NCBI GenBank assembly: GCA_043806035.1
Contig: JAZDHK010000009.1
Location: 1-30,153 of the forward strand
DNA: 30,153 nucleotides
Source: an archaeon
Lineage (GTDB): Archaea > Nanobdellota > Nanobdellia > Woesearchaeales > UBA9642
Direction of reading: 5' to 3'
Part shown: piece by piece, positions 17,486 through 27,147 of the stretch
How positions within the stretch are numbered: the first letter of the stretch is position 1
How the letters are laid out: every line of letters starts with the position of its first letter
Notes under the pieces: model-generated
Told to the model about the DNA's origin: nothing
Seen by the model: only the letters and a program-made list of their open reading frames with translations
Databases searched by the model: none
Translations under genes and position numbers: made by a program

Positions 17486-18550
17486 TTACTGCTTTTTCTT
17501 GAACTGTTTCATCCACGTCTTGATGTCGCTCATGCCCACCACGACGGGCACGTTCTGCAATCCCGTGTATTCTTCCAGGAGAATGATGAGCAAGGCCAGG
17601 ATTATAGGACCAAGGATCATACCGATGATGCCAAAAGCGCTGATGCCCCCGAACACGCCAAGGACGACGATGATAGGATGGAGCCGCGATCGCGAACTGA
17701 TGAGATAGGGCTTGATGAGATTGTCGACGTTTGTCGTGAAGATGAGGTTGTAGAGCAGGAAGAGTATGCCTATGGTGGTGTTGCCGTTGAGCAGTTCGAG
17801 TATGCCTGCGGGAAGCCACACAAGCGGCGTCCCCAGGAAGGGAATGAAGCTGAAGACGGCCATGGCCAATCCCCAAAAAAAAGGATTAGGGAGGCCGAAG
17901 ATGAGAAATCCGAGCAGTCCTACGGCTCCTTGTGCGAGGGCTGCGACGCCTTGGCCGAAGACGACGGCGTTCGTCACCGTCTCTATCTCTGAGAAGATGC
18001 GCCGCTTTCGCCGATCATCCAGGGGAATGAGCTTGCCGAGTCGAAACCAGGGCCCGTGTATGCTCTTGAATCCGTAGAAGAGGATGAAGAACATGATGAA
18101 CAAGCCAACAGCGATGTCCGTGACTGCCGTGACTGCCTTGAAGCTCTTCGACAGCAGATAGTCGTTCATGCCCTTCACGACATTGGAGAGTAGCGCGCTG
18201 ACATCAACGTTCGTCCCCAGCAGTGCAGAAATTTTTTGGTTGATGCTTGCAAAGCTTTCCGGCACGACGATGCTGGAATAAATCCTACTCGTTTCCTGGA
18301 AGAGGTTCTTGATGAGGAACGCACCGGGAAGGACGATGATGATGAGGATGAGCAGGAGCATAATGATACTGACGAGTATCCTGTTGTTGATACGTTCGTG
18401 CAGCCAGATACTCACGGGCTTGAAGGCGACGAGCAGGAGAATGGCTGCAATGACGTACATGAGATAGGGTCTAAGGACAAAAAAGCCGAGGACGACAAAG
18501 GCGAGAAGCACTATCAGGAACGCCTGCCTGGAGTGGGATTTGTCTTCCAT
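17486..18550 (-). CDS. AI-2E family transporter
   Basis: Multi-TM protein; FIPFLGT, DNLIKPYL, LHP...LGVFGG..AFG..G.ILGP. Confidence 0.92.
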   Translation of the reverse strand: MEDKSHSRQAFLIVLLAFVVLGFFVLRPYLMYVIAAILLLVAFKPVSIWLHERINNRILVSIIMLLLILIIIVLPGAFLIKNLFQETSRIYSSIVVPESFASINQKISALLGTNVDVSALLSNVVKGMNDYLLSKSFKAVTAVTDIAVGLFIMFFILFYGFKSIHGPWFRLGKLIPLDDRRKRRIFSEIETVTNAVVFGQGVAALAQGAVGLLGFLIFGLPNPFFWGLAMAVFSFIPFLGTPLVWLPAGILELLNGNTTIGILFLLYNLIFTTNVDNLIKPYLISSRSRLHPIIVVLGVFGGISAFGIIGMILGPIILALLIILLEEYTGLQNVPVVVGMSDIKTWMKQFKKKQ

Positions 18551-18586
18551 GCCTCTTTTCCTGAAACGAGGCGTATTTAAAGCTTG

Positions 18587-18706
18587 TCAAGAATCGCCGT
18601 TTACCAGCGATTATCTGATTGTGCAACCCACTTGGCAGTCGATTCTTGAGCATGCTCAGAATTAGCCAAGTACGCTGATTTATAAATGGGTAATTCTGAC
18701 ATGTCA
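18587..18706. repeat. Two tandem inverted repeats between divergent promoters
   Basis: TCAAGAATCG 18587-18596 / CGATTCTTGA 18640-18649; TCAGAATTA 18656-18664 / TAATTCTGA 18691-18699. Confidence 0.6.
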
Positions 18707-18752
18707 AAAAGTTTTTAAACAACTACGCTCAGGTAGAAAAAAGGTGGTAGTA

Positions 18753-19154
18753 ATGGCAAGCAATCAAAACATCGTCATAACGTGCAGAGGATGCAACGGC
18801 AAGGCGCCCGTCTCCGAGATGAGACTAGCACAGAACGGCAAGGATATGTTGTGCAGGTCCTGCCAGGAAAAACAGAACTTGCGATCAGGAATGTCAGGGA
18901 GCAAGGCGGCATTCTCGACAAAAAAGCCCATGGCGCAAAGCAAACCTATTAGCAAAGCAGCGCCGGAGAAGACAAAAGCGAGAATCACGGACATGGTGAG
19001 CTATCACTGCCTGAAGTGCAAGTACAAGTTCAGCAGAAAGGCAGACTTCACCCTGAAGAAATGCCCGTACTGCGGCTCGGACAGAATCGAGACGACAGAC
19101 AAGTACTCCGCAGAAACGCTGGTGCGCCAGGCAGACCCTGATGACGATTTCTAG
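18753..19154 (+). CDS. Double zinc-finger/zinc-ribbon protein
   Basis: CRGC..CRSC and CLKC..CPYCGS joined by a Lys/Ala/Pro-rich linker; SD AGGTGG before ATG 18753. Confidence 0.8.
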   Translation: MASNQNIVITCRGCNGKAPVSEMRLAQNGKDMLCRSCQEKQNLRSGMSGSKAAFSTKKPMAQSKPISKAAPEKTKARITDMVSYHCLKCKYKFSRKADFTLKKCPYCGSDRIETTDKYSAETLVRQADPDDDF

Positions 19155-19164
19155 TTTTCTTCAT

Positions 19165-20442
19165 TTATTTTAAAAAATTTTTTCCGAACATGAGCGGTTG
19201 CAGCACATCAGGAATACGTATGCTGCCGTCCTCGTTCTGATAATTCTCGAGAATGGCCACGAGAATGCGCGATGTCGCAAGTGCAGTATTATTCAAGGTA
19301 TGCACGACTTGCTTCGTGCCGTCCTTTCTCGCAACACGCGTGTTCAAATCTCTTGCCTGATAGTCCGTGCAGTTCGAGAGGGACATGACCTCGCCATACT
19401 CTTTTGTCGTGGGACGCCAGACTTCAACGTCTGCCGAGCGTGCCTTCCAGATAGCAAGATCTCCCGTGCAAATGTCAATCACTCTATAGGGCAGCTTGAG
19501 CGCTTGGAGTATTTCTTCTGAATTCTGCAGGAGCTCATCGTAGTACTTCCACGAGTCTTCCGGCAGACAGAACACAAACTGCTCCACTTTGTTGAACTGA
19601 TGGGTTCTCCATAATCCTTTTTCGTTGATGCCATGGCTGCCTATTTCCTGCCGAAAGCACATACTGTAGGAGAAGAGTTTCTTGGGCAGTTCTTCTTCAT
19701 TAAAGGTTATTCCTGCAAACCTGCCGAGCATGGAATGCTCTGACGTGCCGATCATGCATAGGCCGTCATCTCCTTTGACTTCGTAGATAGAATTCTGAAT
19801 GGCGTTGACGTCCATTGCTGCCTCGAGCACGAATCGCTTGATGAGCAAGGGTGTTTCCACGTACGTGTAGCCTTTCTTCTGCATGAACTCTATCGCGAAC
19901 CGAATCAACGCCTGATTGAGCAAGGCCAAGTCCCCTTGCAAAAAATAAAAGCCATTGCCAGAGATACGCGCTGATGCATCAAAGTCGGCAAGGCCGAGCT
20001 GTTCTGCAAGCTCCACATGGTTCTTGACGGGAAAAGAAAATGTTTTTTGCTCGCCCCATGTCTTGATGACGGGATTGTCTCCTGCGTCCTTGCCATACAC
20101 AACCGCTTCGTGCATGATGTTCGGCATGATGCTGAGCTTCTTCTGAATTTCCTGCTCGACGTGGGCGAGCGCTTCCTCACCCTTCTTTATCAGTTCAGGA
20201 AGTTCTTTCACTTCGGCGATGAGCTGCTTGGCGTCTTTGCCCTCTTTCTTTGCCTTGTTGATGCCTTCGCTGAGCGTGTTTCGCTTGTTGCGTAATTCAT
20301 CTAGTTTCTTGCCGAGCTCCCGCCAGCTCTTGTCGAGCTCGATGAGCTCATCTACCACGAGCAATTTTTCCGTGTCCTTGCGCCGGTTCAGCGTATCACG
20401 CATTTGCTCAGGGTGTTCCCTGAAGAGTCGTATGTCCAGCAT
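19165..20442 (-). CDS. serS: Serine--tRNA ligase
   Basis: MLDI start, coiled-coil arm, GTSEH, CFRQE, HQFNKVEQF, SNCTDYQAR, TLNNTALA. Confidence 0.97.
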   Translation of the reverse strand: MLDIRLFREHPEQMRDTLNRRKDTEKLLVVDELIELDKSWRELGKKLDELRNKRNTLSEGINKAKKEGKDAKQLIAEVKELPELIKKGEEALAHVEQEIQKKLSIMPNIMHEAVVYGKDAGDNPVIKTWGEQKTFSFPVKNHVELAEQLGLADFDASARISGNGFYFLQGDLALLNQALIRFAIEFMQKKGYTYVETPLLIKRFVLEAAMDVNAIQNSIYEVKGDDGLCMIGTSEHSMLGRFAGITFNEEELPKKLFSYSMCFRQEIGSHGINEKGLWRTHQFNKVEQFVFCLPEDSWKYYDELLQNSEEILQALKLPYRVIDICTGDLAIWKARSADVEVWRPTTKEYGEVMSLSNCTDYQARDLNTRVARKDGTKQVVHTLNNTALATSRILVAILENYQNEDGSIRIPDVLQPLMFGKNFLK

Positions 20443-20536
20443 GCAGGTGCAGTCGTCTGGAACTTTATAAAGTTTGTGACCAAAACCAGGAGGGCATTCT
20501 CGCAAGTTTTTTAAACAGGCACAGCTCAGGACGAAC

Positions 20537-21259
20537 ATGCAACTTTCTCCCTTGAAAGCGGCGCTCAAGCCCTTGCTCAAGTACGCTGAGATAGAGGGCA
20601 TCTACATCTACGGCAGCTCCATAACGCAGGACAACCCGAACGACATCGACATCCTCATCGTCGTGAATGACCTCGCACCCATACTTCATCATGACCGCAT
20701 CAAGCAGACATGTGACACCATACTCAAGAGCAGCAAGCTCAAATTGCACTTCCAACCCATCAAGGAATTGAGCAAGTGGTGGTTCTTGCTCATGGAAGGG
20801 GAGCCCTGGCTCGTGAGTAGCCTCAAGGACATCCTCATCATCCATGACAGGCAGGGGCTCATCAAGAAAGTCGCTTCCTTCGTCAAAGAGGAAAAATTGT
20901 TCAGGAAGGAACAGAAGGCAGAACGCCTCATGGAGCGGAGCGATGCCAGCGCCGCATGGAACCGGCAGTTGCTGCTCGACGGCATGAACGCCCTTGCGAA
21001 TGCAGGGACGGAGGCGGCACAGGTGCTGCTGCTTTTTGACAACAAGCTCATGCTCAACAAAAGAGAGATAGCGGAGGCACTCGCCTCCTACACAAAAGTC
21101 TTGGGTGAGGAGATCATAGGCAATTATCAGGAAATCATTGACTTGCAGGAGAAAATCCAACAGGGAACGCTCAGCCAGGTCAGCGCGGAGAACATCGATT
21201 ATTATTTGGAGAAGATCCGCAAGTTTATAGTAACGGTTGAGGAGAAGCTCGCACAATGA
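20537..21259 (+). CDS. Minimal nucleotidyltransferase (MNT) with a C-terminal HEPN-like helical domain
   Basis: IYIYGS...DIDILIV Pol-beta NTase motif; helical C-terminus (EAAQVLLL). Confidence 0.78.
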   Translation: MQLSPLKAALKPLLKYAEIEGIYIYGSSITQDNPNDIDILIVVNDLAPILHHDRIKQTCDTILKSSKLKLHFQPIKELSKWWFLLMEGEPWLVSSLKDILIIHDRQGLIKKVASFVKEEKLFRKEQKAERLMERSDASAAWNRQLLLDGMNALANAGTEAAQVLLLFDNKLMLNKREIAEALASYTKVLGEEIIGNYQEIIDLQEKIQQGTLSQVSAENIDYYLEKIRKFIVTVEEKLAQ

Positions 21260-21855
21260 TCGGCACGTGGACATTCCAGGAGACGATGTATTGCATCGGC
21301 GGACAGCCCACTCCTGCTCTGCAAAAAAAGCACAAGTGCAAACACGTCAAGACGTACACGGAAGAAGCGTTCTTCACGGCAGTCATGGACTATGAGCGGC
21401 AAGTGTTCCTGAGCATCAGGGATGGTGATATCGTGCAGGACAATCTCAACCTGCTCAAGCTACTGCGTAAGAACATCAAGAACGGCGTTGTCCTGGGGAC
21501 GAAGGAGATGCTGTTCCGCAAGCTCATGAACATCCGGGAGAGCATGCGGGAAGTGGAACGCATCAAGAAAGAATTCTTTGATAACATCTACACGAGCTGC
21601 CTCGAGGCCGCACAGGCGGCGCTGCTGCTGAAAGGCAAGACAATTCTCGTGCCGAGAAAAGTCCCTGACCTGCTCGAGAAGGAATACGCCAATCAAGGCC
21701 TGGAAAGGACGAGCATTGTGAACTGCAGGACTATTATCGAGACGTTCAAGAAGGTCGAGCACGGCAAAACAACCTTGCCCAAGGGAAAGGAGCTTGACGA
21801 GCTCGCGAAGAAGTGCGCACTATTCAGAGAGGCGGTGAGGAAGGTGAAAACATGA
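21256..21855 (+). CDS. HEPN-like protein with a degenerate NTase remnant, paralog of the upstream gene
   Basis: IRDGDIVQD, NIY...LEAAQAALLLKG...P, FKKVEH; ATGA overlap; no GS/DxD motif. Confidence 0.62.
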   Translation: MIGTWTFQETMYCIGGQPTPALQKKHKCKHVKTYTEEAFFTAVMDYERQVFLSIRDGDIVQDNLNLLKLLRKNIKNGVVLGTKEMLFRKLMNIRESMREVERIKKEFFDNIYTSCLEAAQAALLLKGKTILVPRKVPDLLEKEYANQGLERTSIVNCRTIIETFKKVEHGKTTLPKGKELDELAKKCALFREAVRKVKT

Positions 21856-22424
21856 CAGAACGTACTAGTAAGAATGTAGAAAATAATGTGTATGAACAAA
21901 ATAAAAGAAAAACTCCCGTAACATATACACAAACGAACCTTCCTGAAAAGGATCCGTTTGAGGCCAACGTTGATTATTTGAAACGACATCTTGGTGCCAT
22001 TGCACAAACGTTAGGTACTGAACAAAAGGCAATACGAGAACAGATAAAATTCCTGAAAGTCATTGAACGAAAAACGAAGGAGGAATCTCCACAATACAGG
22101 GCCTTACACGCCGTCTGGGGAGACTTCTGTCTTGCCCATCCTGAACTGTTCAAGGATGCAGAGGAGCACTATACTCAGTCAAAGGACCTGGCTCGCCTGA
22201 ACAACCTCGCATTTCTCTACGTTGCTCACGGGAATGCCGATCTTGCGCAGCCCATCTATGACAAGCTCGTGCAGCGCAACTTCATTCCCGAAGCGGCGAA
22301 CACACTTGACGTGGTACGCATGAACACCCTTGCGTCTCAATATGAGCAGAAAGGACAGCCCGAAACGGCAAAAAAAATCAGAACGAACGCAGCACAATAC
22401 AGCAGCGCACCGAAGAAAAGCTAA
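21852..22424 (+). CDS. TPR-like helical protein, paralog 1
   Basis: RALHAVWGD, KDLARL..LA.LY, LASQYEQKG; SD AGGTGA, ATGA overlap. Confidence 0.72.
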   Translation: MTERTSKNVENNVYEQNKRKTPVTYTQTNLPEKDPFEANVDYLKRHLGAIAQTLGTEQKAIREQIKFLKVIERKTKEESPQYRALHAVWGDFCLAHPELFKDAEEHYTQSKDLARLNNLAFLYVAHGNADLAQPIYDKLVQRNFIPEAANTLDVVRMNTLASQYEQKGQPETAKKIRTNAAQYSSAPKKS

Positions 22425-22930
22425 TGGAAAATGGTGAAAGCATGACGAAAGACCAATATCACAAAGAAATCGATGCAGTCCAGGAGATTCTTGCTCAGAT
22501 CGAGAAACCATTGAAAGAAAAGCATGCGAGCGATGATGACGTGTACAATGCACTGACACAAAAGCTCACGGAGTTGAATCGCGAGAAGCTGACTCCTGAA
22601 AAACGGCGGGCGGTGCATGCTGTCATGGGCGATGTTGAGCTGTCGCGCTTTCACTTCACGAATGCAGAGAGCCAGTATCGTCTCGCAAAGGATCCTGTGC
22701 GACTAGGGGGCGTGGCGCTCTTCTACGAGCGCTCAAGCAAGCCCGAACTTGCAGACAGTCTGTATGCGGAAATCATGCGCATGAATCCTCCTGTGATAAT
22801 ACACGAGTCAAGGGATGCGACGTTCTTTAGTGCACTGGCCAATAGGTACGAACAGAAAGGAAATACGAAAAAGGCGGCAGAGATAAACAAAAAACTGCAA
22901 ACATACCGCGCTTCTCCGACGAAAGGATGA
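22424..22930 (+). CDS. TPR-like helical protein, paralog 2
   Basis: RAVHAVMGD, KDPVRL..VA.FY, LANRYEQKG; TAATG overlap. Confidence 0.75.
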   Translation: MENGESMTKDQYHKEIDAVQEILAQIEKPLKEKHASDDDVYNALTQKLTELNREKLTPEKRRAVHAVMGDVELSRFHFTNAESQYRLAKDPVRLGGVALFYERSSKPELADSLYAEIMRMNPPVIIHESRDATFFSALANRYEQKGNTKKAAEINKKLQTYRASPTKG

Positions 22931-23376
22931 GCATGCAAAAGCCAAGAACGTTCGAGGACAAGAGGAAATTCTTCAAGTACGAGATACAGGCCATGACGTC
23001 CGACAGAGCGCTAGAATACATTACAAAGCAGCTGAAGACGGCAAAGGATGCTGACACCAAACGAGCGTTGTGTTCCGTTCGTGCGGACACGTACTTGGGC
23101 ATGGGGGGCAAGTACTTGAGCAGGGCAGTGGCAACATACAAACAGCAGGATGACGTGCGTGGCCTGGTGCTGGCTGCAGACAAGTATGCCGATATGAAAA
23201 AGAAAAAAAATGCGCAGGAACTGTACGACCTTGCCAGGTCTCTCGGCAGAGGACCAGTAACGTACGACAACAGGGCTGCATACGAATCATTGGTGAGGCA
23301 TTGCAGGGAGAGCAGGCAGTTCTCCGATTCTGCAAGGATAAACAGATTGCTTGCCAATTTTGAGAGAAAAAAATAG
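22927..23376 (+). CDS. TPR-like helical protein, more divergent paralog 3
   Basis: RALCSVRAD, DDVRGL...ADKY, AQELYD; ATGA overlap. Confidence 0.68.
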   Translation: MSMQKPRTFEDKRKFFKYEIQAMTSDRALEYITKQLKTAKDADTKRALCSVRADTYLGMGGKYLSRAVATYKQQDDVRGLVLAADKYADMKKKKNAQELYDLARSLGRGPVTYDNRAAYESLVRHCRESRQFSDSARINRLLANFERKK

Positions 23377-23528
23377 GCAAAGAATATATACTAGCGTTGT
23401 TTCCTAAGAAGCAAAGGGTTGTGGTATGGACAGCAGCGTATTTTTAAGCAAGTGTTTTCTGAGCAAATACTATGCCTTGCGCCAGGAGGACATCGATGCA
23501 TTGTCTGATGACCTTCCTGAAGGGACGC

Positions 23529-25037
23529 CTAATTACGCGTCTTAATAGTGAGCGTACCTTTCTCCACGGCAGCCTGCACGAGCCTTCCTTCTTTCGTGCG
23601 TTTTTTGAAAGAAAAGCTTCCGTCTTCTGCAGTCGTCCTTGCCAACAAGTCATTTCCCGAGAACAGTTCGACCGTTGCGGCCGTGGCGTCTGTTGAGAAA
23701 TGCACGTCCTGGTCATCGCTGCGCACTGTAAACGGAAGTGTACGTGCGGATGCGGTGATGATGGCGTCCTTGTCGAGCACGTGCAGGACGGTCGTGTCTT
23801 TGCCGTCGCTGATCGTGATGGTTGTGCCCTGCATGCGCAATGCAGAGACGCTCTTGACCTGCCCTGCGGCAATGTGTATGATGTGCGTGATGAGCGAGGG
23901 GAGCAGGCTTGGCTCTATTTTGCCGATGAATCGCTGCACTGCCTGCGCGGGATGTTCTGCATGCATGACTACGGCAACAGAAATGCCCGAAAGGCGCAGA
24001 TCGCAGAAGAGCCTGATGTCGGAGAGGGTGCGTGCCTCATCGAAGATGACATTGTCTGGCCTGGAGAGTAGCATGATGTCGTGCAAGTCTTGGGGTGTCG
24101 CGTGGTGCAGGGAGAATTTTGTGATGGCCGCGTTTACAACGAGGTCTCGCGGGCTTTCGATAGTTTTTACTATGCGCTGCTGCTGCACGTAGTGGTTGGC
24201 GAGCGCTTGCGCGAAGGTTGTTTTTCCCTCGCCTGGTCCGCCGATGATGAGCAGTCCTTTGCTTGCGAGCACATGTTTTTCGCCTTGAAAGGAATAGTCT
24301 GTAAGCTGCAATTGCTTGAGATGTGTTGATGCAGTGATCTCATACCCGTCAGTGAGTGGTGGTTTGGTGATGAGCACTCTGTACTTGCCTGCTTGGGCGA
24401 GGGTTGTCCCTTTCTGTTCCCATTCGAGGAAGCCGTCCTTTCGTGATGCCGTGTCTTCGACGATTTGCGTCGAGAGCTTGCGCATGGCATCCCTATCGAG
24501 GCGTTCATCTCCTAAGGGGATGAGTGTCCACGATCCAGGCTTTCCCTTTTTTGCTTGCGGGGTGCATCCTTCTCTAATGATGACTGCTGCCGTGTTTTCG
24601 TCAAAGTATTTTTCGAGCACGAACGGAGTCTCGGTGATGGTGAATTCTACCAGGATGACGGGTATGCCTTTGCTCTCGGCAACGCTGGCTTGCACCTTGT
24701 CTGCGGTGATGAGCGTTGCGTGCTGCTCGAATGCGTACTGCCTGATTAGAGAATCGATGCCGCCTTTTGCGGCGTTCTTGATGTCGAATTCGCTGGGGCG
24801 CTCGCCCGCATACTGCAGGGTTATCGTTCGTTCCTTGCAGATCTGCCTGAGCTTTTTTATCTCTTCAAGGCCGAGTTGTCCTGTCTCCTTGTTCCTGTTC
24901 GCTTGCGCCTCGAGCTCGTTGATGACTGCTTCGTGGATGAGTAGAGTGGTGCAGGTGAGGCTGCCTTCGAGGATGCGCTTGCTCAGAATTCCCTCGATGA
25001 TGACGGAGGTGTCGGGAACGAGTTTGTCCACGTGCAT
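23529..25037 (-). CDS. PIN-domain ATPase (PINA/ATPase-PilT family), divergent C-terminus
   Basis: PIN motifs VPDTSVII, ELE, ID, LITAD; Walker A GGPGEGKTT, KTIESPRDL, RPD...FDEAR. Confidence 0.88.
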   Translation of the reverse strand: MHVDKLVPDTSVIIEGILSKRILEGSLTCTTLLIHEAVINELEAQANRNKETGQLGLEEIKKLRQICKERTITLQYAGERPSEFDIKNAAKGGIDSLIRQYAFEQHATLITADKVQASVAESKGIPVILVEFTITETPFVLEKYFDENTAAVIIREGCTPQAKKGKPGSWTLIPLGDERLDRDAMRKLSTQIVEDTASRKDGFLEWEQKGTTLAQAGKYRVLITKPPLTDGYEITASTHLKQLQLTDYSFQGEKHVLASKGLLIIGGPGEGKTTFAQALANHYVQQQRIVKTIESPRDLVVNAAITKFSLHHATPQDLHDIMLLSRPDNVIFDEARTLSDIRLFCDLRLSGISVAVVMHAEHPAQAVQRFIGKIEPSLLPSLITHIIHIAAGQVKSVSALRMQGTTITISDGKDTTVLHVLDKDAIITASARTLPFTVRSDDQDVHFSTDATAATVELFSGNDLLARTTAEDGSFSFKKRTKEGRLVQAAVEKGTLTIKTRN

Positions 25038-25069
25038 GCCCTTGAGCAGTGCAGGGCAGGTTTAAGTAG

Positions 25070-26941
25070 TTATCGGCGCTTGAAGGCGTTGCGCACTGAT
25101 TGGGAGAATGATGCCAGCCACAACTCGACTTGTTCGCCAAAGCTTAGATCCGTGAGTTTGATGACGATGCTGTGCTGTGCAACATATATTTTTTGCCGGG
25201 CATCAAGGTAGGAGACGGTGATGGTGAAGGGTGTGGCTTTCTTGCTCAAGTGCCTTCCCGTGAATGCCACGGATATGGTTTCCTTGCCGATGCTCGAATA
25301 ATTCCATTGCTCGTCGATGAAGCCGCCTTGCAGTTTGATGGTGATGTTTTCTGGAGGGCTTGCAGGATCTGGCTCGAGCGTGAACCTGATGATTTCCTTG
25401 TCATCATAGTGCATGCTGACGGGATAGGTGACGTCAGTGATGCTGATGGTAGGTGGGGGGATGACTCTGATGGGCAGGAATGCACTGCCTTGCTCAGTTG
25501 TGAGCAGTAGCGTTGTGGGTCCTATGGTTGTTGGCGTGTACGTGAGGGTAGTGTTCGTGCACGTGTTTTCTAGGCAGAAGGGAACAGGGCAGGAAATGAT
25601 TGCGGTTTCTTGCGGGTAGAGCACGTCATGGTCTGCTTCGCACACGACGGGCTGCTTGTCCGGAGGCTGCATGACGTACTGGTCTGCTATGGCTTCTGTC
25701 ATGAACTGCCCTCGTTGGCTTGCCGTGAAGCTCGCCTGCGCAGAGCCGTTCAGGCCGTCATACACGACGATGGGAAACGTGTACGTGTACTTGTCTTCTA
25801 GAGCGCTGCTCACGTGCACTTTCGCATAGAGCTTCTTTTCCTTGCCCGGCCCGAGCACGACGAACCAGCTTTGCTGGGAGAACGTGAGTTCTTCCGTGTT
25901 CGCGAGGAAGATGCGTTCCATGACGTAGTATGGCTGCGGATTCTTGAGGTTGATGATGATGACGTTCCACGAATTCTTTATTACTTCTCCCAGCCAGGGC
26001 GTCACTCTCTTTTCGAGAAGGGGTTGCTGCTGCCCGTTCTGGTCGAGCACGTCTATCTTGTTGGTTATGGGCCCGGTGCTGAGCTTGAGGTCCCTGCTCT
26101 GATACTCGAAATTGACTGCTGACGTTATGGCATCGTTGCTCTGCTCGAGGATGATGTGCGTCGCATCAACATAGCCTAATTCCGAGTAGGCGATGTCGAA
26201 GGGTATCCAGCCCTGGTCGGGGAGGTAGACTTCCGCCCATGCATGATTCACCCAGGGTTCGCTGAAAAGATCATAATTGGTGTAGGCGATGCCTGACATG
26301 TACCTGGCAGGGATGCCAACGCTTCTGAGCATGCTGATGAACAGGCTCGTTATCTCATCGCAAACGCCGTATTTGTTCTTGAAGACCCAGCTGCTCGGCT
26401 GGGCGACGTCCGCAGTTAGCGTGCTCAGATTGTACTTGACGTTCTCGTGGATCCAGGCGGCGATGCTGCCGATGACTTCGTACGCGTCGTTGCTCTGCGA
26501 GAGGGTAACTGCCTGCTTTCTCATCTCTGGGCTGACGTCCAAGTGTTCTGTCGTGAGCAGGTACTGCGTGAGTTCCGGATCGAGGCTTTGCAGGGGGAAG
26601 GGTATTCGTTCTTTCACTTGCGGCCTGTACGTGTTCGTGCTGAGCAGTGCCTGCACTTGGTACGTGAACGGCTCTGGCTTTTCGAAGGTGAATGCCAGCG
26701 TGTCCGTGCCCTGCGCTGGCGGAATGGGGATTAGTGAGATGACGTTTTGCCCGCTGATGCTTTTGGGGAAGTGGTGGAGCTTGACGTTGAGATACTCGAG
26801 CTCGGGATGTTGGCCTGTGGTGACGAAGCTTCCCGTGCCTGTAGACGTGAAATTCATGCTGAGCGTGTTTGCATGCAGCACGCTGTCATCGAGCGCCAGA
26901 GCAAGGGGGATGAGTAGGAGCAGGAGCAGTATTGCCTTCAT
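25070..26941 (-). CDS. Secreted transglutaminase-like (cysteine protease fold) protein
   Basis: Signal peptide MKAILLLLLLIPLALA; triad GVCDE / HAWAEVY / WIPFD; beta-rich C-terminal domains. Confidence 0.88.
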   Translation of the reverse strand: MKAILLLLLLIPLALALDDSVLHANTLSMNFTSTGTGSFVTTGQHPELEYLNVKLHHFPKSISGQNVISLIPIPPAQGTDTLAFTFEKPEPFTYQVQALLSTNTYRPQVKERIPFPLQSLDPELTQYLLTTEHLDVSPEMRKQAVTLSQSNDAYEVIGSIAAWIHENVKYNLSTLTADVAQPSSWVFKNKYGVCDEITSLFISMLRSVGIPARYMSGIAYTNYDLFSEPWVNHAWAEVYLPDQGWIPFDIAYSELGYVDATHIILEQSNDAITSAVNFEYQSRDLKLSTGPITNKIDVLDQNGQQQPLLEKRVTPWLGEVIKNSWNVIIINLKNPQPYYVMERIFLANTEELTFSQQSWFVVLGPGKEKKLYAKVHVSSALEDKYTYTFPIVVYDGLNGSAQASFTASQRGQFMTEAIADQYVMQPPDKQPVVCEADHDVLYPQETAIISCPVPFCLENTCTNTTLTYTPTTIGPTTLLLTTEQGSAFLPIRVIPPPTISITDVTYPVSMHYDDKEIIRFTLEPDPASPPENITIKLQGGFIDEQWNYSSIGKETISVAFTGRHLSKKATPFTITVSYLDARQKIYVAQHSIVIKLTDLSFGEQVELWLASFSQSVRNAFKRR

Positions 26942-27147
26942 GAACCCGTTTCGGGACGAGGTAGTATTAAAAGCTAACGGGATAATTATCTACTTTGTAC
27001 GGGCGTTTGGTGCATTTTCGCTACCATAGTATATTATACTTGCCCTCTACTAGTGTTGATTGAGGCAAGTAAGGGTAAATAGAGGGAGCTGGGGCGTTAA
27101 CCCTTCAGATGACTGTTTAACCAAAACTGCCTTCGAGGTGGGACAAA

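Noticed and set aside
17454-17876. N-terminal extension of the 503-aa MscS ORF
   Set aside because: Overlaps the AI-2E gene out of frame; the TATA/gcATG pattern places the start at 17453. The extensions of serS, srp54, DUF1858, EEP and M50 were trimmed on the same grounds.
20465-21274. 269-aa minus-strand ORF
   Set aside because: Antisense shadow of the MNT gene.
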